Source: Deferrisomatales bacterium
Lineage (GTDB): Bacteria > Desulfobacterota > Deferrisomatia > Deferrisomatales > JACRMM01
Direction: 5' to 3'
DNA: 29,395 nucleotides
NCBI GenBank assembly: GCA_033551855.1
Contig: JAWSUI010000044.1
Location: 1-29,395 of the forward strand
The notes beneath the pieces were generated by a model. It had not been told where the DNA came from. It made no database searches and saw nothing but the letters and a program-made list of their open reading frames with translations. A program made the translations under genes and the position numbers. Positions 7,701 through 14,533 of the stretch are shown here, piece after piece (positions within the stretch are counted from its first letter, which is position 1; every line of letters starts with the position of its first letter).

Positions 7701-9352
7701 TCCAGCCGGTCGGGGCCCCGGCGGAGCTCGAATCGCTCCAGATCCACCCGGTCCGGCTCCGCCCGGAGGTCGAGGTCGAGCTCCCCCAGGGAGACCCCCT
7801 CGAAGGCCAGGCCCTTGCCCCGCAGCGCCATCCGGCCCTCGGGGCGGGTCAGGGTCCCCGAGATCCGCCCGTCTCCCGCAAGACTCCCGGCCATGGGGGG
7901 CAGGCCCAGGAGGTCCGCGAGCGCCGCCAGGTCCTCCACGGCGAGGGTCAGGGACCCTTCCAGGGCCGCATCGTCCACGGCGCGCCCGGCCAGGGGCAGG
8001 CCGATCCGCAACCCCTCGACCTCGATCCGCCCCCCGGGCGCCGCGAACGCGGCGCGGGCCACCGTGCCCTCGCCCCCCGCCACCGAGGCCTCGGCGGTGA
8101 GGCGGTGGGGGGGAACCGGGGCGGGCAGCCGGGGCGGCTCGACCCCGGCGAGCTTCAGGAGGGCGGGCAGGTCCTCCAACTCGACGGAGAGGCCCCCGCG
8201 GGCCCGGCCGGCTGCCGCCTCCAGGCGGCCGGCCAGGAGGTCGTCCAGGGGAGCCTCGACCTCCCCCAGCTCGGCCCGGTTCCGTCCCGCCTGCGCGTCG
8301 GCCCGCTCCACCCGCAGCCACCCGCCGGCGGCGGAGGCCCGCACCGCGGCACGCTCCAGGGCGACCCCCTCCACGGTGACCTCCCGGACGGTCAGGTCCA
8401 GGGCCGCGGTGCCCTGCTCCGGGTGGGCGGGGTCCAGGAGGACCCGGGCCTCCAGGTCCAGGCCCCCGCTCACGGCCGGCGCGCCGACCACCCAGCCGAA
8501 GGCGGCCTCCAGCCGCACCTCCCGCACCTCCGCCGCGGCCTCGACCCGGCCGGGCTCGTATGTCCCCCGGGAGGCGACGTGCCCCCCGAAGACCTCCAGG
8601 CGCCCGTCCCAGGAGAGGGCGCCCCGCACCAGGCCGTCCAGGCCGATCCGGAGCTCCTCGGCGACCCGCACCCCCGAAACCCGGAGGTCCCGGACGGCCG
8701 CGAAGTCGGGGGAGTAGACGAGCAGCGCCGCCAGGTCACCCGGCTCCGTGCGGAGGCCCGGGTGCTCCAGGTGGACTCGCTCGGCCGCAACGCGAACTTG
8801 GGAAGGGGACGGCGCGCCCCCCTCGGCCGTCTCCAGGGAGAGGCCCCGCACCTCGGCCCGGTAGCCCGGGCCCCGGAGCTCCACGTCGATGCCCCGCACG
8901 TCCAGGGTCGGGAGCCGGGAGGGGAGGAAGAGCGGCGCGGCGCCCGACGGCGGGTCCGGGGGAACGGGCTCCGGCGAGGCGGGGGGCTCGGGAACGGCCA
9001 GCTCCACCCGGACCCCGCGGACCCGCAGGCGAACGGAGGACACGAGGGCGTCCACCCCTCGGGCCAGGGCCAACGGGTTGTAGGAGACGTCCAGGAGCTC
9101 GACCCGGAGGGACGAGACCGGGCCGTCGGGGTTGGGGCGCCGGGTGACGAGGTCGCGCACCACGAGGCGGGTGAGGTAGGTCCCCTCGAGGGCACCCACC
9201 TCGACGCCGATCCCCAGCCCCTCGTCGACGGCCTGCTCCAGCGCGGCGCGCAGGTACGGGCCCAGCAGGACACCCCGCAGCAGGTAGCCGGCGGCGAGCA
9301 GGAGCACCAGCAGCAGCGCCGCGTAGCCGAGTCGTCGGGGGATCGTTCTCAC
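4739..9352 (-). CDS. tamB: TamB / AsmA-like translocation-assembly module protein (DUF490 C-terminus)
   Basis: 1537 aa with an N-terminal TM anchor, long amphipathic beta-taco-type repeats and a DUF490-like C-terminus (LSSVPPLPDEDLLLLVLAG ... GVRIVFRFR). Adjacent to the Omp85 gene. Confidence 0.9.
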   Translation of the reverse strand: MRTIPRRLGYAALLLVLLLAAGYLLRGVLLGPYLRAALEQAVDEGLGIGVEVGALEGTYLTRLVVRDLVTRRPNPDGPVSSLRVELLDVSYNPLALARGVDALVSSVRLRVRGVRVELAVPEPPASPEPVPPDPPSGAAPLFLPSRLPTLDVRGIDVELRGPGYRAEVRGLSLETAEGGAPSPSQVRVAAERVHLEHPGLRTEPGDLAALLVYSPDFAAVRDLRVSGVRVAEELRIGLDGLVRGALSWDGRLEVFGGHVASRGTYEPGRVEAAAEVREVRLEAAFGWVVGAPAVSGGLDLEARVLLDPAHPEQGTAALDLTVREVTVEGVALERAAVRASAAGGWLRVERADAQAGRNRAELGEVEAPLDDLLAGRLEAAAGRARGGLSVELEDLPALLKLAGVEPPRLPAPVPPHRLTAEASVAGGEGTVARAAFAAPGGRIEVEGLRIGLPLAGRAVDDAALEGSLTLAVEDLAALADLLGLPPMAGSLAGDGRISGTLTRPEGRMALRGKGLAFEGVSLGELDLDLRAEPDRVDLERFELRRGPDRLEARGGVALDPLELEGVVLEAVVADLSRYAGLLPAPWDESRGSFSAAARLRGSPLRPEGVVDLALRDARVAGVDISKGVVSAEASGPAVEVRSLEAETSEGSLALRGTLEIGEAGESFEASLAELRIGRRGVTLTQDRGTPVRVGYAVPEGRVALEGLDLRRGNDRVALSGVYDPSGALVDGVLAELRAADLSVYAEALAPFVPALSGALEVRAEAHGALPWPDGRVSASGRDLRLEGVELDRVLLEARSEGGVLHIETAEAASPLGSAALAATVTGDLSGPIIEAELHTLRLQAEGLDLALEGTAGVTVSPDRVEVRGLTLRGEPGILRVGGESALPGEMDLRLEISGLDSGGWLPPLAGEAVSFRGAQLTAHLRGTREAPLLDVTGALEELRIEGAPFPLQGAFDLGYAGRRLSLRAFEWSGQGGTRVEASGTLPLDATGEEFLAPGPLELRAGLRVPSLESFGALFPEGLRPRGEVHLDLSLGGTWQVPDARLEVRASDLDLPDLTAPAPPGPFALACRASVRDGNAAIEVLEVSSPVVELRADGTWEGIPALADIFRGGAAPGGYVRAGGRLTVSELGWARRGVEGLRRLEGRAAADFAVEGALPELSATGVVQVRDGAVRAAGGGPPLEELELDARLDPAGVTVEELRARVGGAPLTVTGRLQFREPGGEGSNGTGLRADFRMQGRNVLLLREEGLRVRADLDLSVAGPTEGLLVSGRVALTEGRYSKPVDFLGFLRGSRKPSARQGIELFSFSEPPLRDARFDVAVTAAAPLEIRTNLATGSLRPALRLVGTGEIPILLGEIYLDPIRVRLPTGRLDVESGVVRFLEVDPDRPLLDAAASTRMLGYDISLQVSGPYDTPVVTLSSVPPLPDEDLLLLVLAGRPPASAMDERAARESGLAVATYLGRGLLAGLFGPGDGDDSIADRFELQLGQGVSRTGQETIEARFRLVEGFLMEGDTLYLRGERDVYDAFNTGVRIVFRFR

Positions 9353-9404
9353 GGGGACGGGGTTCCTCCGGGCAGACCGCTCTTCCCAGAAATCCGGTTC
9401 TTCC

Positions 9405-9571
9405 GGTAAACGACCGGGTGGGCCCGGCCACGCGGGCCGACGGCCGCTCGGCGGGAGCAGCTGCTTCGGGAGCCGCGACGTCGCGAGGATTCCGGATGCG
9501 GCGCGGGAGCGCTCCCACCGTGCAGACCGGCATCGCCTGCCGGAGTGTGCGGGCCCACCCGGCCGTCTACC
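9405..9571. repeat. Intergenic element bounded by a 22-bp imperfect inverted repeat, with internal palindromes
   Basis: GGTAAACGACCGGGTGGGCCCG (9405-9426) against CGGGCCCACCCGGCCGTCTACC (9550-9571): 20/22 Watson-Crick pairs. Confidence 0.75.
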
Positions 9572-9659
9572 AGGGGGACCTCAACTTTCCGGGCCGGGGG
9601 CCGATACGACTGCGGAAGCCTCCGGCGCGACGAACCCCCCGTACCGCCCAGGTGCCGCC

Positions 9660-10220
9660 GTGACCGACCCCTCCCCCTGCTTCGAGCGACTCTTTGCCGA
9701 CCTGGTGCCCCCCGAGCCCCCGGGTCTTTTCGCCGGGGAAGCCCCCGACCCCCCGGCGGCACAGGGGGAGCGCCGGCTCCGGGAGGCACTGCTCCTGTTC
9801 GCCGAGGGGTGCTACGACCGTTCCGCAGAGGTCCTGGAGGGGGCCGCGGCCCTCGTCCCGGCCGACCCCCGCGCCGCGGCCCTGGCGGCAGCGCGAGAGG
9901 CGCTGGCCACCGGCCGGCTCCAACCCGGCATCGAGCGCTGCCTGGAGCTGCTCGAGAACCGCCCGGACCTGCCGGACCTCTACGCGGTGGTCGGGGTGCT
10001 CCTGCTCAAGGCCAAGCAGCGCGCCCAGGCCCGCGACGCCTTCCGCATGGGGCTGCAGCTGGAGCCGGCACACCCCGGGCTGCACGCCTGCATGGCAGGG
10101 ATGGGCGCCCGGCGGGCGCCGGTGCTCCCCTTCCTCCCCCGCTCCCACCCGGCCAACCGCTGGTGCGGCCGGATGCGGGCGTGGCTCCGGGCCGGGCGCC
10201 ACGCGCCCCCCGGCCCCTGA
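9660..10220 (+). CDS. Tetratricopeptide-repeat protein
   Basis: 186 aa of helical repeats with TPR-like patterns (GIERCLELLENRPDLPDLYAVVGVLLLKAKQRAQARDAFRMGLQLEPAH) and a basic C-terminal RRAPVLPFLPRSHPANR tail. Confidence 0.7.
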   Translation: MTDPSPCFERLFADLVPPEPPGLFAGEAPDPPAAQGERRLREALLLFAEGCYDRSAEVLEGAAALVPADPRAAALAAAREALATGRLQPGIERCLELLENRPDLPDLYAVVGVLLLKAKQRAQARDAFRMGLQLEPAHPGLHACMAGMGARRAPVLPFLPRSHPANRWCGRMRAWLRAGRHAPPGP

Positions 10221-10229
10221 CGCCGAGGA

Positions 10230-10249
10230 GCCGCCCCTTCCGGGGCGGC
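10230..10249. terminator. Hairpin between the convergent TPR and panE genes
   Basis: GCCGCCCC-TTCC-GGGGCGGC, an 8-bp stem starting 10 nt after the TPR stop. Confidence 0.5.
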
Positions 10250-10286
10250 CTCTGTATCCCGAGAGCGGCCGGCCCCCGGGGACGGG

Positions 10287-11231
10287 CTACTTCGGCTCCA
10301 GCGCCTTGACGATGGCCCGGATCATCCGGTTGTAGGGGGTGTCCACGGCCGCCCGCTCCCCGTACTCCACGATCTTGCCGTTGATGAAGTCCACCTCGGT
10401 CCGGCGCTTGGCTTCGATGTCCGTCAGCATCGACGGCTTGTGGTCTCCCGCCTTCTTCATGTAGTCCACGGCGTAGGGGTAGTAGTGCCACCCCAGGGGG
10501 ATCTCGTTGGCCCGCGCGACGGCGACCCCTTCCTTGATGAGGAGGTCCACCATCTGGGAGATGATGGGGTCGCGCATGGCCTGGGCCATGGTCATCCCCG
10601 TCGCGGCGCAGATGGGGTTCATGCAGGCGTTCATGATGGACTTCCGCCACACCATGCTCACGATCTCGTCCGTGCGGGCCGTCGGCAGCCCGCTCCGGGT
10701 CAGCGCTTCGGCGATCGCCAACGCGGCCGGCTTGCCTGCGGGGTCGAGCTCCTGGAGGTAGTGCGGGGGGTGGTGGAAGGCCAGGTGGACCCTCCCGGGG
10801 GCGGGAAGGCCGCAGCCGTAGTTCACCACCGCACGCAGCACGGCCGCGCGGCCCAGGGACTCGGACAGCACGAGCTCGGTGTCGATGCCGTTCTGCCAGC
10901 TCACCACCGCCATGCCCTCCCGGTGGAACGCCTGGATCGCCGAGGCCAGGAGCGGCAGCGCGGTGGCCTTGACCGTGAGGATGATCACGTCGGGCGGGTC
11001 CTTCGCCAGGTCGTCCACCCGGGTGGTGATCTTCGAGACCTTCTGGTGAAAATTCTCCACCCCTTCGATGAAAATTCCCGGCTCCCGGGCCGCTTCCACC
11101 AGGGCGGGGACCACGTCGCACAGGGTGACGTCGTACCCGCCCTTGGCCAGATAGGCGGCGACGAGGCAGCCCACAGGGCCCGCGCCGACCACGGCAAACT
11201 TCCGGCAGCGGAACACGCTCTCATCCGTCAT
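10287..11231 (-). CDS. panE: Ketopantoate reductase family (PanE/ApbA) protein
   Basis: GAGGAGG RBS then ATG 11231; 314 aa. Rossmann VVGAGPVG, TVKA, WQNG, WRKSIMNACMN (catalytic Lys), SMLTD and TEVDFINGKIV. The true substrate is not certain. Confidence 0.85.
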   Translation of the reverse strand: MTDESVFRCRKFAVVGAGPVGCLVAAYLAKGGYDVTLCDVVPALVEAAREPGIFIEGVENFHQKVSKITTRVDDLAKDPPDVIILTVKATALPLLASAIQAFHREGMAVVSWQNGIDTELVLSESLGRAAVLRAVVNYGCGLPAPGRVHLAFHHPPHYLQELDPAGKPAALAIAEALTRSGLPTARTDEIVSMVWRKSIMNACMNPICAATGMTMAQAMRDPIISQMVDLLIKEGVAVARANEIPLGWHYYPYAVDYMKKAGDHKPSMLTDIEAKRRTEVDFINGKIVEYGERAAVDTPYNRMIRAIVKALEPK

Positions 11232-11262
11232 CGGACATCCCTCCTCGCAAAACGGCTCGGGT

Positions 11263-11706
11263 TCAGGAGCTTCCCTCGAGCATCCCGAAGGCCTTCGAAT
11301 CCAGGAGCTTCGCACCGCTCTCGCGGAGCACCCGTATGGCGGCGTCGTTGTCGCTGAAGCGGAAGATCATCACCGCGCGGCCCGACGAGAAGCCGGTGAA
11401 CGCGTACATGTAGCGCACGTGGACGGCGGTATCGAGAAGCGGCTGGAGGAGGCGGGACAGGCTCCCGGGCTTGTCCTCGATCTCCACGGCCACCACCTCG
11501 TCGACCCGCGCCGGGAAATGGCGCTCCATCAGGATCTGTCGGGTCGTGGCCAGGTCCGAGACGAGCAGGCGCAGGACCCCGAAGTCCCCGGTCTCGACCA
11601 GGTTCAGGGCCCGCAGGTTGATCCCGGCCTCACCCAGGGCCCGGGTCACCTCGTAAAGGCGCCCCGGCGCGTTCTCCAGGGACACGGAGATCTGCTTGAG
11701 CTTCAT
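11263..11706 (-). CDS. Tandem ACT-domain protein
   Basis: AAGGAGGGAGG RBS then ATG 11706; 147 aa. MKLKQISVSLENAPGRL...GINLRAL...FGVLRLLV and a second ACT repeat VAVEIEDKPGSL...YMYAF. Confidence 0.92.
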   Translation of the reverse strand: MKLKQISVSLENAPGRLYEVTRALGEAGINLRALNLVETGDFGVLRLLVSDLATTRQILMERHFPARVDEVVAVEIEDKPGSLSRLLQPLLDTAVHVRYMYAFTGFSSGRAVMIFRFSDNDAAIRVLRESGAKLLDSKAFGMLEGSS

Positions 11707-11849
11707 GGTCCTCCCTCCTTTCGCACAAGGCCGAAGGGTCGGGCAGTCGGCCTTCGGCACTGGGGCTGGATGCACGATCCGGGCCGGCCGGCGTTCCACC
11801 GCGCGCGGCAGCGCGCCCGAAGACCGCCGCACCGGGCCCCGGAATGCAC

Positions 11850-11899
11850 GAAAGGCCCCCCGGGGGCCCTTCGCGCCGAACCGTCGGGCCCGGGGGGCC
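11850..11899 (-). terminator. Intrinsic-terminator-like hairpin after the cytidylate-kinase-like gene
   Basis: GGCCCCCCGGG (11854-11864) pairs with CCCGGGGGGCC (11889-11899). On the minus strand it is followed by a short TTTC. Confidence 0.5.
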
Positions 11900-11901
11900 G
11901 T

Positions 11902-12609
11902 TCAGGCCTTCTCTTCCTCCCCGAGTTCCGCCGCGACGAAGCGCGCCAGGTCCTCGACCAGGTCCGTGCACTTTGCCAACGACACCCGGGACGTGTTGAG
12001 GACGAGGTGGTAGAGGCTCGGCAGATCCGGGTCGCAGTCGAAGTAGAAGCGCAGGTAGTCCTGGCTGCGCGCGTCGATCTTGTGCACGAAGTCCCGAGCA
12101 TTCCCCAGGGAGAGCCCCCTTCGCTTGGCCGTCCAGGCCGCCCGGTCCTCGAAATCCGCCACGAAGCGCACGTGCAGCGTCCGCGGGTTGTCCTTCAGGA
12201 TGCACTGCCCCCCCCGACCCACGATGATCACCCCCCGGCGCTGCCCCAGGGCCGAGATGACCTTGACGATCATCTGCTTGTAGATCTCGCTGTCGATCCA
12301 CCCGTCCACCCGGTAGTGAAACGGGATCTTCTCCCGATCGTCGTACTGGGACTCGGCGAGGGCGTCCTCCCGCACCTTCGCCCGCTTCTTGAGGGCATCC
12401 AGGTCGAAGATGGTGGAGAAGAAACTCTTGAACTTGCTGTGGTACTCGGCCTCGAACTCCGCCACGTCCTCTTCCGGGACGTTGATCTCGAGGGCGATGC
12501 GGTGGATGATCTCCTTGTCCAGGTAATCAATGTCCAGGCGCTTGGCGAGCTCCCTGGCGACCTCCGGGCCTCCGGCGCCGAACTGGTTCGAGATCGTGAT
12601 GACGGGCAT
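11902..12609 (-). CDS. Cytidylate kinase-like family P-loop protein
   Basis: AAGGAGG RBS then ATG 12609; 235 aa. VITISNQFGAGG.EVA..LA..L, YLDKEII, VIIVGRGG, LHVRFVA, YLRFYF and YHLVLNTS are typical of the cytidylate_kin2 family. Confidence 0.88.
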   Translation of the reverse strand: MPVITISNQFGAGGPEVARELAKRLDIDYLDKEIIHRIALEINVPEEDVAEFEAEYHSKFKSFFSTIFDLDALKKRAKVREDALAESQYDDREKIPFHYRVDGWIDSEIYKQMIVKVISALGQRRGVIIVGRGGQCILKDNPRTLHVRFVADFEDRAAWTAKRRGLSLGNARDFVHKIDARSQDYLRFYFDCDPDLPSLYHLVLNTSRVSLAKCTDLVEDLARFVAAELGEEEKA

Positions 12610-12689
12610 CCGTTCCTCCTTCAAGGCCGTGGAGTCCGCGAGGTCGGCAGAAACCGGCGGGTCCGGCGGGCCAGCCGAATCCGGGGCTC

Positions 12690-12718
12690 TTTATAGCAGA
12701 GGCCCCGAGGGGCAGCAA
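12690..12718 (-). promoter_or_regulatory. Putative sigma70 promoter for the cytidylate-kinase-like gene
   Basis: Minus strand TTGCTG (12718-12713), 17-nt spacer, TATAAA (12695-12690) with an extended TGn. This is the only AT-rich patch in the intergenic region. Confidence 0.55.
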
Positions 12719-13121
12719 GCGCTTAGCAGCCCTGGATCCACCGTTTGGCACGTGCCCGGGGGCGGGGAGCCCTTGCGTTTCGCCCCGACATCCGCGGCAG
12801 TTCGAAACGGTTCCCCCCCAAGGGGCCGGGTGCGCCGGGGCTCACCGATCCCGATCGGTTTGTGCGCCTCGGTCGATGCGGGTCGCGGTTGCACTCCAGG
12901 CCTCCCCAACCCCCGCCCGACAGCTGGCGGTGGATGTGCGGGCCACGGGATCCGTCGTCTCGGGGGAGCGCCGAGCCGGTGAGCCCTCGTCCGGCACCGC
13001 GGTTTCTTCGCCTTCGCAAGGGGGCCGGTCTCTTGCTATCCTGGCGGCCGAACCGGGACGGGCCCGGAGGCCGAACCGCGAAGGGAGAGCGGATGATCGA
13101 CGCAGGGTGGCGGTGCTGAGG

Positions 13122-13547
13122 ATGTGGAGCGGTTCCCTGGCCCTCCGGACGGAGGGTCGGGGAGCCGTGGCAGACCTGACGGACCGGCTCGAGGCGTGGC
13201 TGTCGGCCGAGGGCGTGGAGGAAGGACAGGGAACCCTGTTCGTGCCGGGCTCCACGGCCGCCCTGACCTCGTTGGAGTACGAGCCGGGGGTCGTGCGCGA
13301 CCTGCAGGAGTGCCTGGAGCGCCTGGCCCCTGCGGGCTCCCCCTATCACCACGATCGGGCCTGGGGCGACGGCAACGGCTATGCCCACCTCCGTGCGGCT
13401 CTCGTGGGGCCCTCCCTGGCCTTCCTGGTCCGCAACGGGCGGCTGCTCCGGGGGACCTGGCAGCAGGTGGTGCTGTGCGACTTCGACAACCGGCCCCGCA
13501 GCCGCTCCGTGGAGGTCCAGGTGATCGGCCGAGCCGGAGCCCCATGA
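13122..13547 (+). CDS. yjbQ: YjbQ/UPF0047 (secondary thiamine-phosphate synthase-like) protein
   Basis: GTLFVPGSTAAL, YHHD..GDGNGYAHLRAALVGPS and GTWQQVVLCDFDNRPRSR are UPF0047 signatures. Start is ATG 13122 or GTG 13107/13113. Confidence 0.9.
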   Translation: MWSGSLALRTEGRGAVADLTDRLEAWLSAEGVEEGQGTLFVPGSTAALTSLEYEPGVVRDLQECLERLAPAGSPYHHDRAWGDGNGYAHLRAALVGPSLAFLVRNGRLLRGTWQQVVLCDFDNRPRSRSVEVQVIGRAGAP

Positions 13548-14533
13548 GCGCCCCCGAGGCCTCGGAGCGCCTCGAGCTCCCGGACGCCCGCCATGCCCAG
13601 ACGCTCATGGGGGAGCAGGGAGCCCACCTGCGCGAGCTCTCCAACCTGCTGCGGGAGGTGACCGTCTCGAGCAGGGGCACGGCGGTCCAGGTGCGGGGGG
13701 ACCCGACGGGGGTGGAGCTCGCGGTCGCGGTCCTCCGGCAGCTCTACACCCTGGTGGAGGAGGGGTACCCGCTGTACCGGACGGACGTGGACCACGCCGT
13801 GCGCATCCTCAAGGCCAACCGCAAGGCGCAGCTGAAGGAGATCTTCCTCGACGCGGTCTTCATCGCCTCGGACCGGCGGGTCATCAGCCCCAAGAGCGTG
13901 GCCCAGAAGGCGTACATCGAGGCCATCCGAAGCCACGACATCGTCTTCGGGATCGGGCCGGCGGGCACGGGGAAGACCTACCTGGCCATGGCCATGGCGG
14001 TGGCCGCCCTCACCAAGCGGCAGGTGAGCCGCATCATCCTCACCCGACCGGCGGTGGAGGCGGGGGAGAAGCTCGGCTACCTGCCGGGCACCCTCTTCGA
14101 GAAGGTGAACCCGTACCTCCGACCCCTCTACGACGCCCTCCACCACATGATGGACTTCGACAAGGCCGCAAAGATGCTGGAGAAGGGCGTGATCGAGGTG
14201 GCTCCCCTCGCCTTCATGCGGGGGCGCACCCTGGACGACTCCTTCGTGATCCTGGACGAGGCGCAGAACACGACCTCGGACCAGATGAAGATGTTCCTCA
14301 CCCGGCTCGGGTTCGACAGCAAGGCCGTCGTCACCGGGGACGTGACGCAGACCGATCTTCCCCCCGGCAAGGTCTCGGGGCTGGTGGAGGTCCGGGAGGT
14401 GCTGCGGGGGATCCCCGGCATCCGCTTCTGCAGCTTCTCCCGGGAGGACGTCGTCCGCCACCCCCTGGTCCAGGAGATCATCGAAGCCTACGAGACCCGG
14501 GCCCTGCGTCCCAGGGAGGAGCCTTCGGCGTGA
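13544..14533 (+). CDS. phoH: PhoH-like (YbeZ) ATPase
   Basis: 329 aa with Walker [58 protein letters not shown] and [12 protein letters not shown] overlap with yjbQ. Confidence 0.95.
   Translation: MSAPEASERLELPDARHAQTLMGEQGAHLRELSNLLREVTVSSRGTAVQVRGDPTGVELAVAVLRQLYTLVEEGYPLYRTDVDHAVRILKANRKAQLKEIFLDAVFIASDRRVISPKSVAQKAYIEAIRSHDIVFGIGPAGTGKTYLAMAMAVAALTKRQVSRIILTRPAVEAGEKLGYLPGTLFEKVNPYLRPLYDALHHMMDFDKAAKMLEKGVIEVAPLAFMRGRTLDDSFVILDEAQNTTSDQMKMFLTRLGFDSKAVVTGDVTQTDLPPGKVSGLVEVREVLRGIPGIRFCSFSREDVVRHPLVQEIIEAYETRALRPREEPSA

Noticed and set aside
4616..9409. 1597-aa plus-strand ORF and the many other long antisense or alternate-frame ORFs (e.g. 2890-4776, 19839-21680, 22881-25769, 26467-28662)
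   Set aside because: Shadow ORFs of real genes in high-GC DNA: Pro/Gly/Arg-rich, no motifs, fully overlapping well-supported CDSs.
9397..9579. 6S RNA identity for the inverted-repeat element
   Set aside because: The length is similar, but the interior looks multi-branched rather than a rod with a central bubble, and the usual zapA/ygfA context is absent.
12744..12762. TTGGCAC as a sigma54 -24 box
   Set aside because: No TTGC/GC at the required -12 spacing. The same applies to TGGCGCGTCTTGC near 25095-25107 (minus strand), where the spacing is two bases short.
12720..13100. tRNA, SRP RNA or riboswitch in the long divergent intergenic region (GTTCGAA at about 12800; hairpin ACCGATC-CC-GATCGGT)
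   Set aside because: No T-stem or cloverleaf, and no recognisable SRP, c-di-GMP, cobalamin or TPP consensus. An Rfam scan would be needed to exclude it fully.
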